Positions 1-12,316 of a stretch of DNA of 64,000 nucleotides are shown here, piece after piece. Under the pieces are notes generated by a model that saw only the letters and a list, made by a program, of their open reading frames with translations, was not told the DNA's origin and made no database searches. The position numbers and the translations under genes are program-made. Origin of the DNA: Neodothiora populina (lineage: Eukaryota); NCBI RefSeq assembly GCF_041146345.1, contig NW_027191411.1, forward strand, positions 496,001-560,000, in the 5' to 3' direction. Every line of letters begins with the position of its first letter. The first letter of the stretch is position 1.

Positions 1-1068
1 CTCGCGTGACTGCTTGCGTGGCTGTTTGCGGCTGAATTGATGGAAAGCATCGAGCAAGTCACCGGTATGCTGCGTGGTACGGACATCCATCTCGAGCTGC
101 CAGTAGTGATCGAACTCCGGGTAGAAGTGTGCGAAAAGCTGGAAAGGTTGCATGATTTGCCACATGGGCATATGCTCCGGAATATCTGGATACCAGCTCT
201 CGAGCAATGACTGATCAAACAGCACTGCCATGTCTCTGAACTCCTCAGGCACAGCCGCTTCCAGCTCAGCCGTGAGATTAGCAGCATCGGAGTGGATATG
301 CGCGTCAAGGTTCTTGACATCGACCAGTAGAAACACGGCATATTCAGCACTTCGGTCCAGCGCCGCTTCCGTGACAAGACTACGGAGGTTCTGCAGGTCA
401 TCTTCCGTATACGGATAGGTCGACCACGTTCTCATCACAATGGCTTGTTTTCCAGTCTTGTCAGTTGCGCGACGCGCCTTAATTCTCGCCCGCTCGTCTA
501 CGAGAGGGCTAGGTTCCGCTTCCTGGTCGCGGTCCCTGTAGACGAAGCGCGTCTTATTGGCAAACGAAAAGAGCTTGGGCAGTCGCTCCTCGTTCGCATC
601 TGCGCAGGAGTCTTGCAGAGCACCCCATCTGACGCCCTTCCAATCAACTTTGCTTCTGTTGTAACTTTCCTGATCCTCACCGAATCCGTATGGACCATAT
701 CGTCCAGAAGCTGTGAACCATAACTTCTCAAGCTCAAATGCATCATACGATCCCATCATAGGCTCAGGGTAAGTAACATTCTCAGCTGGGAAGGGGCGAA
801 TTTGATCATCCTCGCTCTCCGCGAGCACCCTTCCTCTAGGCCCACGACAAGGGACAGCACTAGAGGGAAAATTCGGACGAGGCCATTGCCATTCGAGATA
901 CTGCTGTTTGTACTCTAATTCGGGCTTGTGAGATGGGGGATGCTCGAATACATGCGACGGAGTCGACGAAAGGAGATACAACGAGGTTGTAAAAGCAGTC
1001 AAGACAGCTAGGCAGACAAGAGATCGACCTCTGAATAGATACGAGCTCAGGATACCTCGCACGTTCAT
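1..1068 (-). CDS. DUF3405 family protein with N-terminal signal anchor; 3' end runs off the window
   Basis: Hand translation from ATG at 1068 is open to position 1; it is absent from the ORF track because there is no stop in the window. Sequence: MNVRGILSSYLFRGRSLVCLAVLTAF...YPEPMMGSYDAFEL...RYGPYGFG...VDWKGVRWGALQDSC...AIVMRTWSTYPYT...LRSLVTE...YPEFDHYWQLEMDVR...QPRKQSRE. These motifs match the fungal DUF3405 family. Confidence 0.85.
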   Translation of the reverse strand, partial: MNVRGILSSYLFRGRSLVCLAVLTAFTTSLYLLSSTPSHVFEHPPSHKPELEYKQQYLEWQWPRPNFPSSAVPCRGPRGRVLAESEDDQIRPFPAENVTYPEPMMGSYDAFELEKLWFTASGRYGPYGFGEDQESYNRSKVDWKGVRWGALQDSCADANEERLPKLFSFANKTRFVYRDRDQEAEPSPLVDERARIKARRATDKTGKQAIVMRTWSTYPYTEDDLQNLRSLVTEAALDRSAEYAVFLLVDVKNLDAHIHSDAANLTAELEAAVPEEFRDMAVLFDQSLLESWYPDIPEHMPMWQIMQPFQLFAHFYPEFDHYWQLEMDVRTTQHTGDLLDAFHQFSRKQPRKQSRE

Positions 1069-1901
1069 GCTGACAGATAACCGCGACAGTCGTCAGCTAC
1101 CACCCACGGCAAAAGGCTAGAGAGTCGCTCTGGTTCAGTGAACAGGAGGCTCGTCTTGGGGTTTTCGTTGTCCCCATAATAATCCGAATGCAGAAAAAAG
1201 TGGGAACACTGGACGCAAGGGGGCGCCCCTGTGGATGGTAACCAGGAAATGACGAAGATACCGCGCCGTAGGATCAAGGTTTGCAGCGGAGATTTATTAC
1301 AGTCAAGGGACGGCACGCTTCCCACAATCCCAAGGCTAGAGCCGCCGCGGACGATGACACTATGTGGCTTACCATTACTTGCTTGATACTGGTCGAGTAC
1401 AGTAATGCCAAGGCATCTAGACAAGACATGTTGCCGCACCGGGACTTGATCGAAAATTGATTGTGATCTCGCCGTAGTGCGGCGGTGTTCAGATCTCTTG
1501 GCGGACTGCTAGCTCACTCGGTCCCTTAGTCTATCCGCGGGAGAGGGCTAGCGAAGCAGGTCATGAGCTAATATTCAGCGTTCCTACTCGGAGGACTTTG
1601 CATATACGCTACTCCAAATTGGTGTTCGTGTCGCACATTGCGTGACATACCTCACTCCGTAGATCCGGTCATTAGCCGCGTCCGAGTAGCCCCAGAAAGG
1701 CCTTCTTAAGCCGCAACTCTATATTATTAGAAAACGAAAGCAGAAAGAGTTAAAGTTCCCGGCTGGGGATACTTAAACACAAGCCCTGTAACCTTACCTT
1801 GACTTCACGTGTTGGTGCTGATCTGACTGACCGGTCTGATAAGCCCAACATCTCACCGAACACAACTTAAGGATTCTAAATACCTACCTGACGCTTTCGC
1901 T

Positions 1902-4900
1902 TCAACATCGAGGTAACGTTACGCGGCCCAAGCCAGCAGCAAGCCATCTCTTCATTTCCTTCAGGCAAACGCCAGCAGCGACATACTTCCAACTTCTCAG
2001 CTGTCCGCCCACTTTGCGATCAAACAAACTATTCTCTTCCACCCCAACAGCGAGACAAGCAATCGCACGCGGAAGCGCTTCACTGGCACGATCTTTACCA
2101 TCGGCATCTCCATTTATGATCCGCGAGACGGTAAAGTCAAGGATTTCTCCAAAGCGATCACGCATATTCTGGGTCATTTCGCGAAGGCGTCGTGATTGAG
2201 CCCCACCTTTGCGACCCAGGATGGTACCGGAGAAGACTTCGCTCTCCGTCAAGGGGTGGTTTGGCGAGGGCGCCGACTGGTAAAGCAGGTCCAACAGTGT
2301 GACCTCATATCTATCGGTAATCAGTGGGTTTTCACGTTACGAAGAACGCAACTCGACATACGCATCTTTGATCTGCCTGGCCAAGTGTCTGTAATTCTCC
2401 CACTCGACGAGCACGTTGTTTCGCTTGATGTAATCCCAGAGCCTAGGCATAAGACTATCGTGATGGGCGTTGATCGAAAGCTTCCGGTGCTTATGCAGAT
2501 CACTCAAGAATTGATGTTCATCAATCGCTCGGTATAGCATACCTAGTGCCTTGTGGCTTCTGTAATACCGGGTCCGGCGGCTTTCAGGATCCAAATTGGC
2601 TACAGGGTCATTTTCCAGCATGTCTTCTTCATCGGACTCAGGCAGAAGGTCAATGCTGCCACTTTCGACGATGGCTCTTGGGCTGGGAGCCATGAAATCA
2701 GGTCGGTTGCGATCGCGTCTCGGGCATTCTCTCATATCCACCTATGGCTATCAGCTGCAGACTCACACTCATTATTGTACACCGAGCCTACCGGAATACC
2801 AGTCTTGGAAAAATCAACAGCAGTCGATGCCATCGCAGCCAGCTTTATGCAGTCCGGATCGAATACACCAAGTAATTTTTGATCTGCGAGCTGAAGGTGC
2901 ACGGTACTAATCTGGCCAAGCTGGTCGGTCTCCATGAATCGGATGAAAAAGTCGCTCATGTCTTTACTCTTGACTTCTTGCACCAACTCGACCGGTTCTG
3001 CACGAGGGTAATCCGCTGGCTCAGGGATCGCTTTGGTTGGCATGAGTGAAGGTTCGAAGATGACGTTGTAAAGGTCGCCATCGAGATCACCTCCACTCAA
3101 TTGACTGGGCAAATCTCTTGTGCCACGTTGGCTGAAGACGACGCAGTTGGAAAGCTTGCTAAGTGGTGAATGATCAGGCACGTTTATTGCTCGAACCACC
3201 CTTACATCTCCAGGATGCAGAGCTGGTGAGCGTGTGATGACAACCTTCCCTCCAGTCAAGACCTTTTTTCCTCTTTCATTTGGTCTATCAATCACGACAT
3301 AGATCTCACCTTCCTGTAGGTAATCAGTCTCATCCATGATCCCATATAAAGTGACGCCATTGCGGACAGGTATACGACCACGATATTTGATGTCGCGTAA
3401 ATTGGTGATTACTGCCATTTCGACCACATCGCGAAGAAATGTATCCGCCCCATACTCCAATCCGATATCACTCAGGTGCTCAAGAAGTGTAGCCAACTGT
3501 GCTACCTTGCTCACGGGACCTTCGTCAAGGAGAGTAGACGCGTTGATTGTAGATTCTGTCATCAAACGCAAACGTTGGACAGCCGCGGTTTGTAGAGATA
3601 AGAACGCACCAGTATTCACGCCAAGATCTTCCAGAATCTTGATAATCTGCTTGTTCAACACCATCGGCAGAGGGCTGAACGCGGCGCCGCATATTTCGAT
3701 CTTGTTTGAAGGAGATCCGTAAAATTTAATCATCGACCCACGTAAACGCAATTCGTCTTCCGGTAAACGAGAATCTAGTGCCACGACTCCCTTTGCTCCA
3801 GCAAATCGAATCTGTAGGACGGTGGGTTTGACCGGTTTGCTAGTGCCATATATACGCCATATACGTTTCAGAAGACTTTCGGAAATGGTCCCAACGCCAT
3901 CACTGAAGACTCTTCCGTCTCGTTTAACGTCATCCATTATACCCAGCATCCCTGCTTCGATTTCGACAGCACCAGTGGTATCGGTGAATGCTTGTCCGAT
4001 TCTGGCGGCGCAGCGTGCGGGCGAGCGTATCATGGAGAAGTCACCCAGTTGACGAATGACTTTCGAGGCGATCATGAGCTCGCCATCGTGGAAGAACGGC
4101 GACATGAACCAACAGGTCTGTGAGCGTAGAGAAGAATGGGAAAATCCAAGGAATGAAAAGCCCTGGTCAGCAATGTGGTAGGTTCCATCGAGGAATTTCT
4201 TGAAGCGTGCATGGTAGACCTCTTGTAGATCGGCTTGTGGGTCGTAGCGGAATGACTCTCCATCTTCATCCATGAATGTGACCCTGAGGAAGTGATCATG
4301 GTGATCGGGATATGTGCGAAGCACACGATTTGTGACTTCTGCAAAGGGCCCCTCAAGATAGACACCAGCTGGTGTAACGTTGAGTTTGTGTATCAGTACG
4401 ATGTGGGAGTGGCGATTGGCGGGACTGTAAGCATCCTCGCCTTGATTATCATCATAGCTCTGGGCAAAACCCGTCAGAAGATTCTGTAGCGCTTCCATCG
4501 AGTACTGGCAAGCCTCGGCCTCGGGACCTGGGGAAGAAAGATGCAGATACAAGCGACAGATTGCTTCGTGGGTTGCGACTCGCCCAAAATCTCGATATAG
4601 AGATTGAATGAACGGGATCAATGCGCGGACAAATTCCGGCGGAAGTTTGCCATTTTGGACCAAGCGAACGATTTGGAATCTCAGATCAAAGGGCAGGCTG
4701 CCAGCACGACTCTGGTCTGTGAGATCGAAATTGAGTCGAGTCATAGAATCTCGAAGTCGCACAGTGGGGGGGTTTGTCGGAGTGGGATAGATCATCGCAG
4801 ACATAATATCTCGGTTACGAGTGATCAGCGAATGAACGGCTGGTAGATCCCTATCATTCGACAGTCGTATCTGATATACAAAGCACATTCCAGCCGGTAG

Positions 4901-5668
4901 CTGATGTTGGGGACTGATACACGACAAACGTTTTTTCTTGGGCTGAGTCGGTTGCTGGCCACGAATGTTCATCTGTGCAAGCATAGCATACATATCTCTT
5001 TGTGGCGCAGCGACCTGCATGAAGAACTTCGGGGGACACCAAGAGGTGAAGGTCACCGTTGGGTCGTCACGCGGCCCGATAAGGACAGTGTGAACATTGA
5101 AGTAATTGATGTCAATTCGGTCAGCAGAAAAGCCCACAGGAGAACCCTCGGGCTCCAAGAGTAGCACAACCTGGCGGAGCCCAAGCACGATGCTGCCGTG
5201 CCTCGCATCGATGAAGTGAGGCTGATAAGTGAGTCTGTCGCCATCGTAAACCCACAGACCACAGCTAGTAGAGTCGGTGCTGAAAGTTGTGGTCGCGTGG
5301 GCTTTGTTCCTGCGATCCCGTGCAGATTGACCATGCTTCGACTGCGGTTCGGTCTTGGCGATTTGACGTTCCTTTTCAAACATCAAGCCGCGTAGCTGGA
5401 TGTCAGTAGGAGCATTTCTCGAGACAGAGCATGCGAGTAGATGACCGTTGAAATACAGCGGTCTTGCAGCTCTGGAGTTGACTCCGTACTTATCAAGAAA
5501 TCGGTTGCCCTGGGCAGCGGTGAGTACAGCAATGGTTGCCAGAGGTTTGTTCTTGAATTTGTTGACGTCGAACACAGTGATGTCCAGTCCAGTAAGCAGG
5601 GGACGAAAGAACTGTCTCAACTGTTTCTCGGTGGCCTGAGCAGGTACCTGTCGAACGAATATGTCCAT
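1902..5668 (-). CDS. Eukaryotic RNAi-type RNA-dependent RNA polymerase with RRM-like N-terminus; exons 5668-2792, 2741-2362, 2310-1902 (~1221 aa)
   Basis: Catalytic GGDLDGD motif, plus FSDGVG, CAARIGQAF, QIRFAGAKG, RSPALHPGD and AVDFSKTG. Introns 2791-2742 (GTAGGC...CTGAT...TAG) and 2361-2311 (GTATGT...CTGAT...TAG) join three track ORFs in frame. Confidence 0.97.
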
Positions 5669-6465
5669 GGCAGATTGATGGACGACAGGATTGCAAGTGG
5701 AGGGTTGTATGGTAGAACTGTAAATTCAAAGTAGTTGTTGCATGTCAGTGGTAGAAAAGGGCAGGGGATCAGGCAGAGCTTGAGCTCCAGCCCAGTAGCA
5801 GCTGTCAATTGTCAAATCAATGCAGGCAGCCGGACACGTCACCTCGTCTCAAGAACGTTAGGAAAGGACGAAGGCGGCGTTTGCACTGTGTAGGCATGAG
5901 GACTATAGCTTAGCGACTTAGGCGCGAGAGGACATGCATTGAGTGGTTGGGCAGCTAGTACAGGTATAGAGAGCATTGAGACGCCTTGCGTCAAACTAAA
6001 AGGTATCGTGTACAGCCTTGCTTACAAGCTGCGAGCCAGTCATAGCCAAGGTACCGTAAGCTATCCATGTTCACCAACACCAAAAGGTGTTTTTGTTATC
6101 ACTTATGAAAGCAGTAAGTGCTGCGTTATTGGACAGTGCGGCGACACCTGCAGAAGCCAATATGCCACATCACGTTGCATTGCACTCAAGTACACAGAGG
6201 TGGCAGCAAGCCATTTGTGTTTATATCTGGACAGTCGCATGAGACGAGGTGGAATGACAAGAACCAAGATACAAAAGGGGCAAAGTGAGGACGGAGGGGC
6301 ATGGATGGACGGGCAAAAGATTGTCCGATCCGTTGGCCAAAAGTCTGGGGATTAGGAAGGCGCGACGTCAGAGGGAACCAAACAACAGATATTCTTAAAC
6401 TCTCCCTCTAACACCACTTAAACCAAAGACAAGGCTCTGGCCTGAAGCTGTCACGATAATCAGAC

Positions 6466-8980
6466 ATGGCAGTGGGAGCGCAGGATGCGCGGATTGTCGA
6501 TTTTCTGGATGACAAGCTCCAGTCGCTGGCTGATTTCGATACCCTCGACTCGCTGCTGGACAACCTCAAAACGCAACAGGATCTCCTGAAACAGCAGGTC
6601 AGTCAGGCTACCATACTGTTCGATTACCATTGAACAATGCGATTAACACCATAGTCAGTTGTCGGATGCCAGAAAGGACCACGACACCGCCCAGCAGGCA
6701 TGTCAGCAGCACGCAGCTTCCGTCAAGGCCAAGGCCGCAGCCTTCGAACAAGAGCAGGGCGAGATCGACCGCAGACTCATGATAGTCACGCAGTCCGAGA
6801 CGAGCGAAGAAGCGATACAGCGCTTTCAGAGCAGCACAGACAGACTTCACAGACTCGATGTGGCCTCGGGCTACGCAGAGATGCTCAAGGAAGTCGATGT
6901 TCTGAGCCAGCAATGCACCGCCCAATTAGGAAAGGACGACGTTGCTGCCCTGGAATCATACAAAAGACTGCAGGGTCTGTCAAGGAGCCTCAACCCTCTC
7001 CAGGAAGCAGCAGAAGGCGCTGCGCCGCATTTGCTCCATCATGTCGCCTCCTCAGTCGCCGCCCTGCGTGACAGCATTCGGTCGTCACTCACAAGTAACC
7101 TCGACAAGACACTGGCCAAGATGGCCTGGCCGCGATCCGACATTGTTGTTCCTCCAGACTTGCAGCAAGAGTGGAGAACTAACATAGAACGACTGCTCGA
7201 TCTCCAGAAATCAGAGCTGCTGGCTGGAGATGTCGTCAACAAGACAAAGGCATCAAAAGACGAACCATCCGTCCTCCTTCCCTTTTCCATCATGCTCAAG
7301 CCACTCGAGCTGCGTTTTCTCTACCACTTCTCGGGCGATCGTCCTACTAATAGACTCGATAAACCCGAGTACTTTCTTTCTCACATCCTCGATCTTCTGA
7401 ACACATATGCTGCCTTCTTCCAGTCCAACATGCAACGACTTTTGCTTTCTAATTTCCGCGACTCTGATCTCGCCTTTGTCCCTGCATACATCGATACGAC
7501 TTCTGCTTTCATCACTGCCCTTTTGCCCATGGCCGAGCGAAAGCTCTGGTCCATTTTGCCGCAAGTCGCCTCCCAGCCCCAGCTGCTGAGTAACCTGATT
7601 CACGAAGTCATGTCCTTTGACAAGACGATCGAGGAAGAGTGGTCCTATACCCCACTGTCGCCTTCGATGCCCTGGCGCGGTCTTGCATATTTCATCCTCG
7701 AGAAGCAGTCGTATTTCCCACAATGGCTGGCTGCTGAGCGCGAGTTCGCTCTCGCCCGCTATGAGGCCATCGTATCGGACCGTGCGTCAGGCGAGCTCGA
7801 CTTTGATTCTGTGTCTGCCACGAGCACCAAACCAAGTCGTGCCGCTGTCCGCGTCAACGACCTTCTTGACACTATAACAGAGCGTTACAGAACTTTGTCG
7901 TCGTTTAGTCAGAAACTCCGTTTCCTTATCGACATCCAGATCGCCATTTTCGACCGCTTCCACCAACGCTTGCACGAAGGTCTCGAAGCCTACCTCACAC
8001 GGACTTCTGCTGTTGCCAGGACCGTTCATGGCGTCACCCGCGACGATCAAGCCGAGCTTGCAGGTGTCAAGGGGCTCGACCGTCTCTGCCGTGTCTTTGG
8101 CTCAGCCGAATATCTTGAGAAAGCCTTGCGCGAATGGAGTGACGACGTCTTCTTTCTCGAAATCTGGGAAGAACTCCAATACCGCGCCACTTCCAAGACA
8201 CCGATCAAAGGCGATCTGCGCATGAGCGACATCGCGTCCAAGACCAGCGCCACCATAGCCACCAATGGCGCCGCCGATCATGAAGAGTTGCAAGGTGCTC
8301 TCTTCGACGAGACAGCCGCTTCGTATCAGAAATTGAGGATCAGAAGTCAGGGTATCATAGTCGACACAATCACCTACAACATCCGTGACGCACTGCGATC
8401 CTACACTCGCATCAATCCTTGGGCCTCGCTTTCATCCACAAACAGTGCATCATCCGAGGCCGCATTGACGGCCGAACTCGACGCCCCTCTCCGACTACTG
8501 GAAGAATACTTTTCTTTCTTGTCGCGTGCGCTAGGCAAAGCACCCTTGAAGCGGATCGGAAGACTCGTGGCGCACGCCGTTCAGTCTACTCTCTGGGACT
8601 CGCTGCTCATGAGACATTCCTTCTCGACGGCCGGCGCCCAGCAATTCGTCGTCGACGTCAACGGCATATGGAGCATCTTTGATCGATACATCGACCTCGG
8701 CTCAGGCGCAGCAGGAATGAGGAAATTGAGCGAAGCACTCAGTCTTCTGTCTCTCCCTGTCAAGGGCGAAATCGCCGCGGTAAATGACAACCAAGACACG
8801 CGACTAGATTATGGAGAAGAAATGGACGCAAAGAAAATCTGGGGCCTGTTCGAGGTGGAGAGGAGGGTGTTTATCGATAACGAAGCTGCGAGAGATGTGC
8901 TAGAGGAGATGGGGCTTGAGTTGCTGAGTGAGGGTGATGCGAGGTCGATTCTGGAAAAGAGAGTCGAGCTGAGCAGTTGA
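6466..8980 (+). CDS. TIP20: RINT-1/TIP20 family ER tethering (Dsl1 complex) subunit; exons 6466-6597, 6659-8980
   Basis: LRFLYHFSGDRPTNRLDKPEYF and FSTAGAQQF motifs. Exon 1 MAVGAQDARIVDFLDDKLQSLADF... joins in frame through intron GTCAGT...TTAAC...CAG (6598-6658). Confidence 0.93.
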
Positions 8981-9464
8981 GCTGAGCTAGACTTTGTATG
9001 TTGCGTCACGTTTGTGAAGGAAAGAGATGTAAAAAGTATTGATATTTTGCATCTCCAGTGGCGTGGCCCGAGGTCTGCCACCTTGCTTGAGATCCAAACA
9101 AGTATGCGCAGTCCTGATCTAGAATCTAATAATGCTAAAACCCCCAAAACAAAGTCCTGTATCATGCATGTCGACGATGATGAGATACGAAGTAGAGCTG
9201 ATGGAAAAGAGACGTGTGAGAAGAGTGTATTGTTGATGTCGTGATGTAGTCTGTCCATTGTTCCGGTCCTGAAATTATATGTAATCCCTCCTCGATCCTC
9301 CCTATCCGACTTCGAAAAGTAAACCCGATCCAGAAGAAACGCCCCGATTTTCCCAAATGCCTGTTCCATCCATATTCCCTGGACCCTCAATGCCAAGAGT
9401 CGAGTCGAGTCGAGTCGAACCAAAAGTGCAAACAGAAGGTAATAATGATTCAAGAGGTGAGGCT

Positions 9465-10139
9465 TCAAGCAGACTCGCAGAAACTGTTTCTCCTCTCCCT
9501 CAGCGGCGTCATGACGGTCGTCATGGCAGCCTTGCGACCGCATGAGCAGACACCCGTGATATGCCACAGGAACTCCTCTCGGCTGTTCGAGTCGCGCAGC
9601 TCACAGCACTCTTCTCCCTGGTGCAGGTGGTGCCGGCGTTTATGCTGCTGCGAGGATGAGAAGTGGCCGTTGGTTGAGCCTAGCGATGGGTGGGTAGGGT
9701 GGGAGAGTCTGATAGCTTGTGTCGCGTTTGGTTTCGTCGTATGCGGAACAGAAAGCTGTTGCTGGGACTTTGGTTTCGAGCTGAAGAAGTCGCTCATGTG
9801 GTCTTCGTCGAGCATATCCGACAGAGGCGTGTGCAGCTCGTCTTCGTCCTCTGCTTCCAGGATCGGACTGTCCCATGTGGCGTCGTAGCCTGGGGAAGGC
9901 ATCGTGTGCGGCGAAGATGCGCCGGACACGGTGTTGTAGAAGTGGTGCTGGTGGTGCAAGTAGTAGTCGCCCTCGGTGCTGTGGCAGTAGGCTGTCGAGG
10001 CGTGCACGTCTTCGATCGGAGAGTCCCAGGGCACTTCTTCGTTGCCCGGGTGTGCGCGAGGGTTCTGTGCTACTGGCAGAGGGGGTGACATTGAGGTCGG
10101 CTGTTGGGGCTTAATGTACATCCAATCTAGGCCGGTCAT
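9465..10139 (-). CDS. Hypothetical 224-aa low-complexity protein (Pro/Ser/His-rich, C-terminal Cys/His cluster)
   Basis: ATG in a CAAAAATG context after an A/C-rich leader; long open frame; no recognisable domain. Confidence 0.6.
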   Translation of the reverse strand: MTGLDWMYIKPQQPTSMSPPLPVAQNPRAHPGNEEVPWDSPIEDVHASTAYCHSTEGDYYLHHQHHFYNTVSGASSPHTMPSPGYDATWDSPILEAEDEDELHTPLSDMLDEDHMSDFFSSKPKSQQQLSVPHTTKPNATQAIRLSHPTHPSLGSTNGHFSSSQQHKRRHHLHQGEECCELRDSNSREEFLWHITGVCSCGRKAAMTTVMTPLRERRNSFCESA

Positions 10140-11599
10140 TTTTGTTTGGTGTGGATTATTGAAACTTGGGGAGAAGGTTCAATAGATTTGGCTGTTGGGT
10201 TTGCAAATAGTGCAATTGATAGATTGTGTTTTGTTTGATTGTTGTTGATGATGAGGAAAAAAGACCATGGACAAGATACTGGAGACATGGAAATATATAC
10301 CTTCAATATACAAACTTACATGTATCTGTCTACTACTGTACATACGAACCATGACCTATAGACTACATCAAACCCCTTACACGAAGTAGAGTAGGCTCTC
10401 GCCACATAGCGGGTTGCAAACTAGGTGAGACCAGCCTTGCATGAGCCACGAAAATAGGGGACTCGACGCATGCATGCAGTGCAACAAGAGAAAAAGCAGG
10501 GCACATACAGCACAGAAAGCATCTGACATGAAGAAACAGGAAACGCGTCGCAGTAACACTCCATCGCGACGAGTCGGAGATCAGTAGATGTCAGAGATGT
10601 GAACGGACCGGGGATGACCGTGGGCCAGCAAAATCTTGCAAGTCGTCCTGACTGGCGGCGCTTCTCGGAACCCCGGATTCTGCACCTATCTAGAAGCGGT
10701 AACAATCCGTTGCTTCTGGCCTATAGGATCGCTCACGAGAGCACCCGTCCGTCACGCCATGTCTTCTGAGTGTCAGTCAGGAACAGACGAACAGGTGATG
10801 TTGATCTTTTGCCTCTTTCTCTTTTTCTCTGAGCGTTTTATTCGTCCCAGATGTTCTAGAATGCAGTAGCACCTCGTATCGGGCTAGACGGCTCGGGCTG
10901 GACTATTGTCAGGCCCTGTCGTCGTGTGTTTTGCTGCTGTTCTTCTGTGCATTATTGTACCGTATGTTGCACTGTCGGTACGCGCCTCGCCGCCGACTGC
11001 TGCTGAGCAACTACTATCTCTGCGCGCACGTATAATCTGAGGTACAGAGACCCTTATCTTCGATTCGAGTGATTCAGCTGTGATGCTATTCTTACGTATT
11101 CTGGAACATCTGCCTGCACACTGTCACAGCTGGTGTGCGACTGGCGTGACCTCAGCGTTTTTTCTGCCATGTTGCCTGCTCACCGTATTCAGACAGACAT
11201 TGATGCGTGCGTCTGTACACTCGCGTTGGGAAATGCGTTACGTCGCTCTTTTCTCCGGGCGACGTTCTCATGATTGTGGACATCCCGCGTTTTTCTCTAC
11301 TGTCTTTTTCCAATTAATGAAATGCTGTATGGGGAATGGACTTGGGTGACATAGCGTCGTGGAGAGATCTCGATATGGCACATTCGGGGATCCACTACTC
11401 TGATCCTGCCTGCCTTGATTCAGGGTGATAGCTATCACTCATGGTGTGATTCTTCACATTGTCGCTCTGAAATTCGAACAGTTCTAACAAAGAAGCTACG
11501 CTTTTATGGTTTGGATTACATTACATTATCCGCCACCACAGGTGACGATGATATAGGACTTTCGTCGTTACCCACTTTTTTATGACCACCCTCATCCTT

Positions 11600-12316
11600 C
11601 TACGCAGCACCATCTTTATCGTCTCCACCCCTACACCCGTCTCCAACACCAAGCTCCAGACTCCAATTTCCAAAAGCCACGCTTGACCCCTTCTTGTCCC
11701 ATCCGAGTACAGTCCCGTTGGGCATCCAGCAATCAGATGAGCCTTCTCCCACCACCACAGCCTGAGGGCCCATACGACCCTTCAAAGCGACGAGATTACC
11801 ACGATGACCGTCAGGCACGAGCAGGAAGCCTTCATTGTCAGCCCAAAGACCATTGACCACGCCGCCGGCGATCGGCTCGCGACTGCCCTCGGGAGTGTCT
11901 TGCTCGCTTCCGCCGTGCTCGTAGTCACGGCTGGCGTCGTGCGAAGGGTCGGCGTCGAGAGAGTCCCACATCAGTGTTCCTCTTTGGCTGTGAGGCTGGA
12001 ACCAGCGTAGCTTGAACCCTTCGAGCGAGATCTTTGGCGGCGCAGGTAGGTGCAGGCATGCATTGATGGGATGTCTCCTGTCTCGGATGTCGGCCGGTGT
12101 GGCATGGTGGTCGTAGAGCGTGATGGTCAACGGAACCACGACAGAAGAGTCGGAAGGGACGGTTGCTTTGACGATACAATTCGCTCGAGGCGTTGGCGAT
12201 GAGTCGCTGTAGACGCTGACATTGTTGGCCGGCAGGAAGCTCGGCGCTGTCGGACAGGCGGCACTGTCGTGAGTGATGTGAGCGATAAGGGCTTGTGCAA
12301 GATCTGCAAGTGCCAT
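11600..12316 (-). CDS. Hypothetical protein (~238 aa)
   Basis: GC-rich open frame starting MALADLAQALIAHITHDS, flanked by AT-richer DNA. Start is uncertain (alternative ATG at 12334). Confidence 0.6.
   Translation of the reverse strand: MALADLAQALIAHITHDSAACPTAPSFLPANNVSVYSDSSPTPRANCIVKATVPSDSSVVVPLTITLYDHHATPADIRDRRHPINACLHLPAPPKISLEGFKLRWFQPHSQRGTLMWDSLDADPSHDASRDYEHGGSEQDTPEGSREPIAGGVVNGLWADNEGFLLVPDGHRGNLVALKGRMGPQAVVVGEGSSDCWMPNGTVLGWDKKGSSVAFGNWSLELGVGDGCRGGDDKDGAA

Noticed and set aside
1584..1689. 9-bp inverted repeat CTACTCGGA/TCCGAGTAG enclosing small stems
   Set aside because: A 9-bp match at ~90-nt spacing is expected by chance in 64 kb.
2732..5668. Endogenised mycovirus RdRP
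   Set aside because: It has the DLDGD cellular-type active site and spliceosomal introns, not the viral GDD type.
9397..9417. (GAGTC)4 and other microsatellites (TCTG at ~38735, CAAGCA at ~38840, degenerate CAG at ~59935)
   Set aside because: Ordinary short slippage repeats with no further structure.
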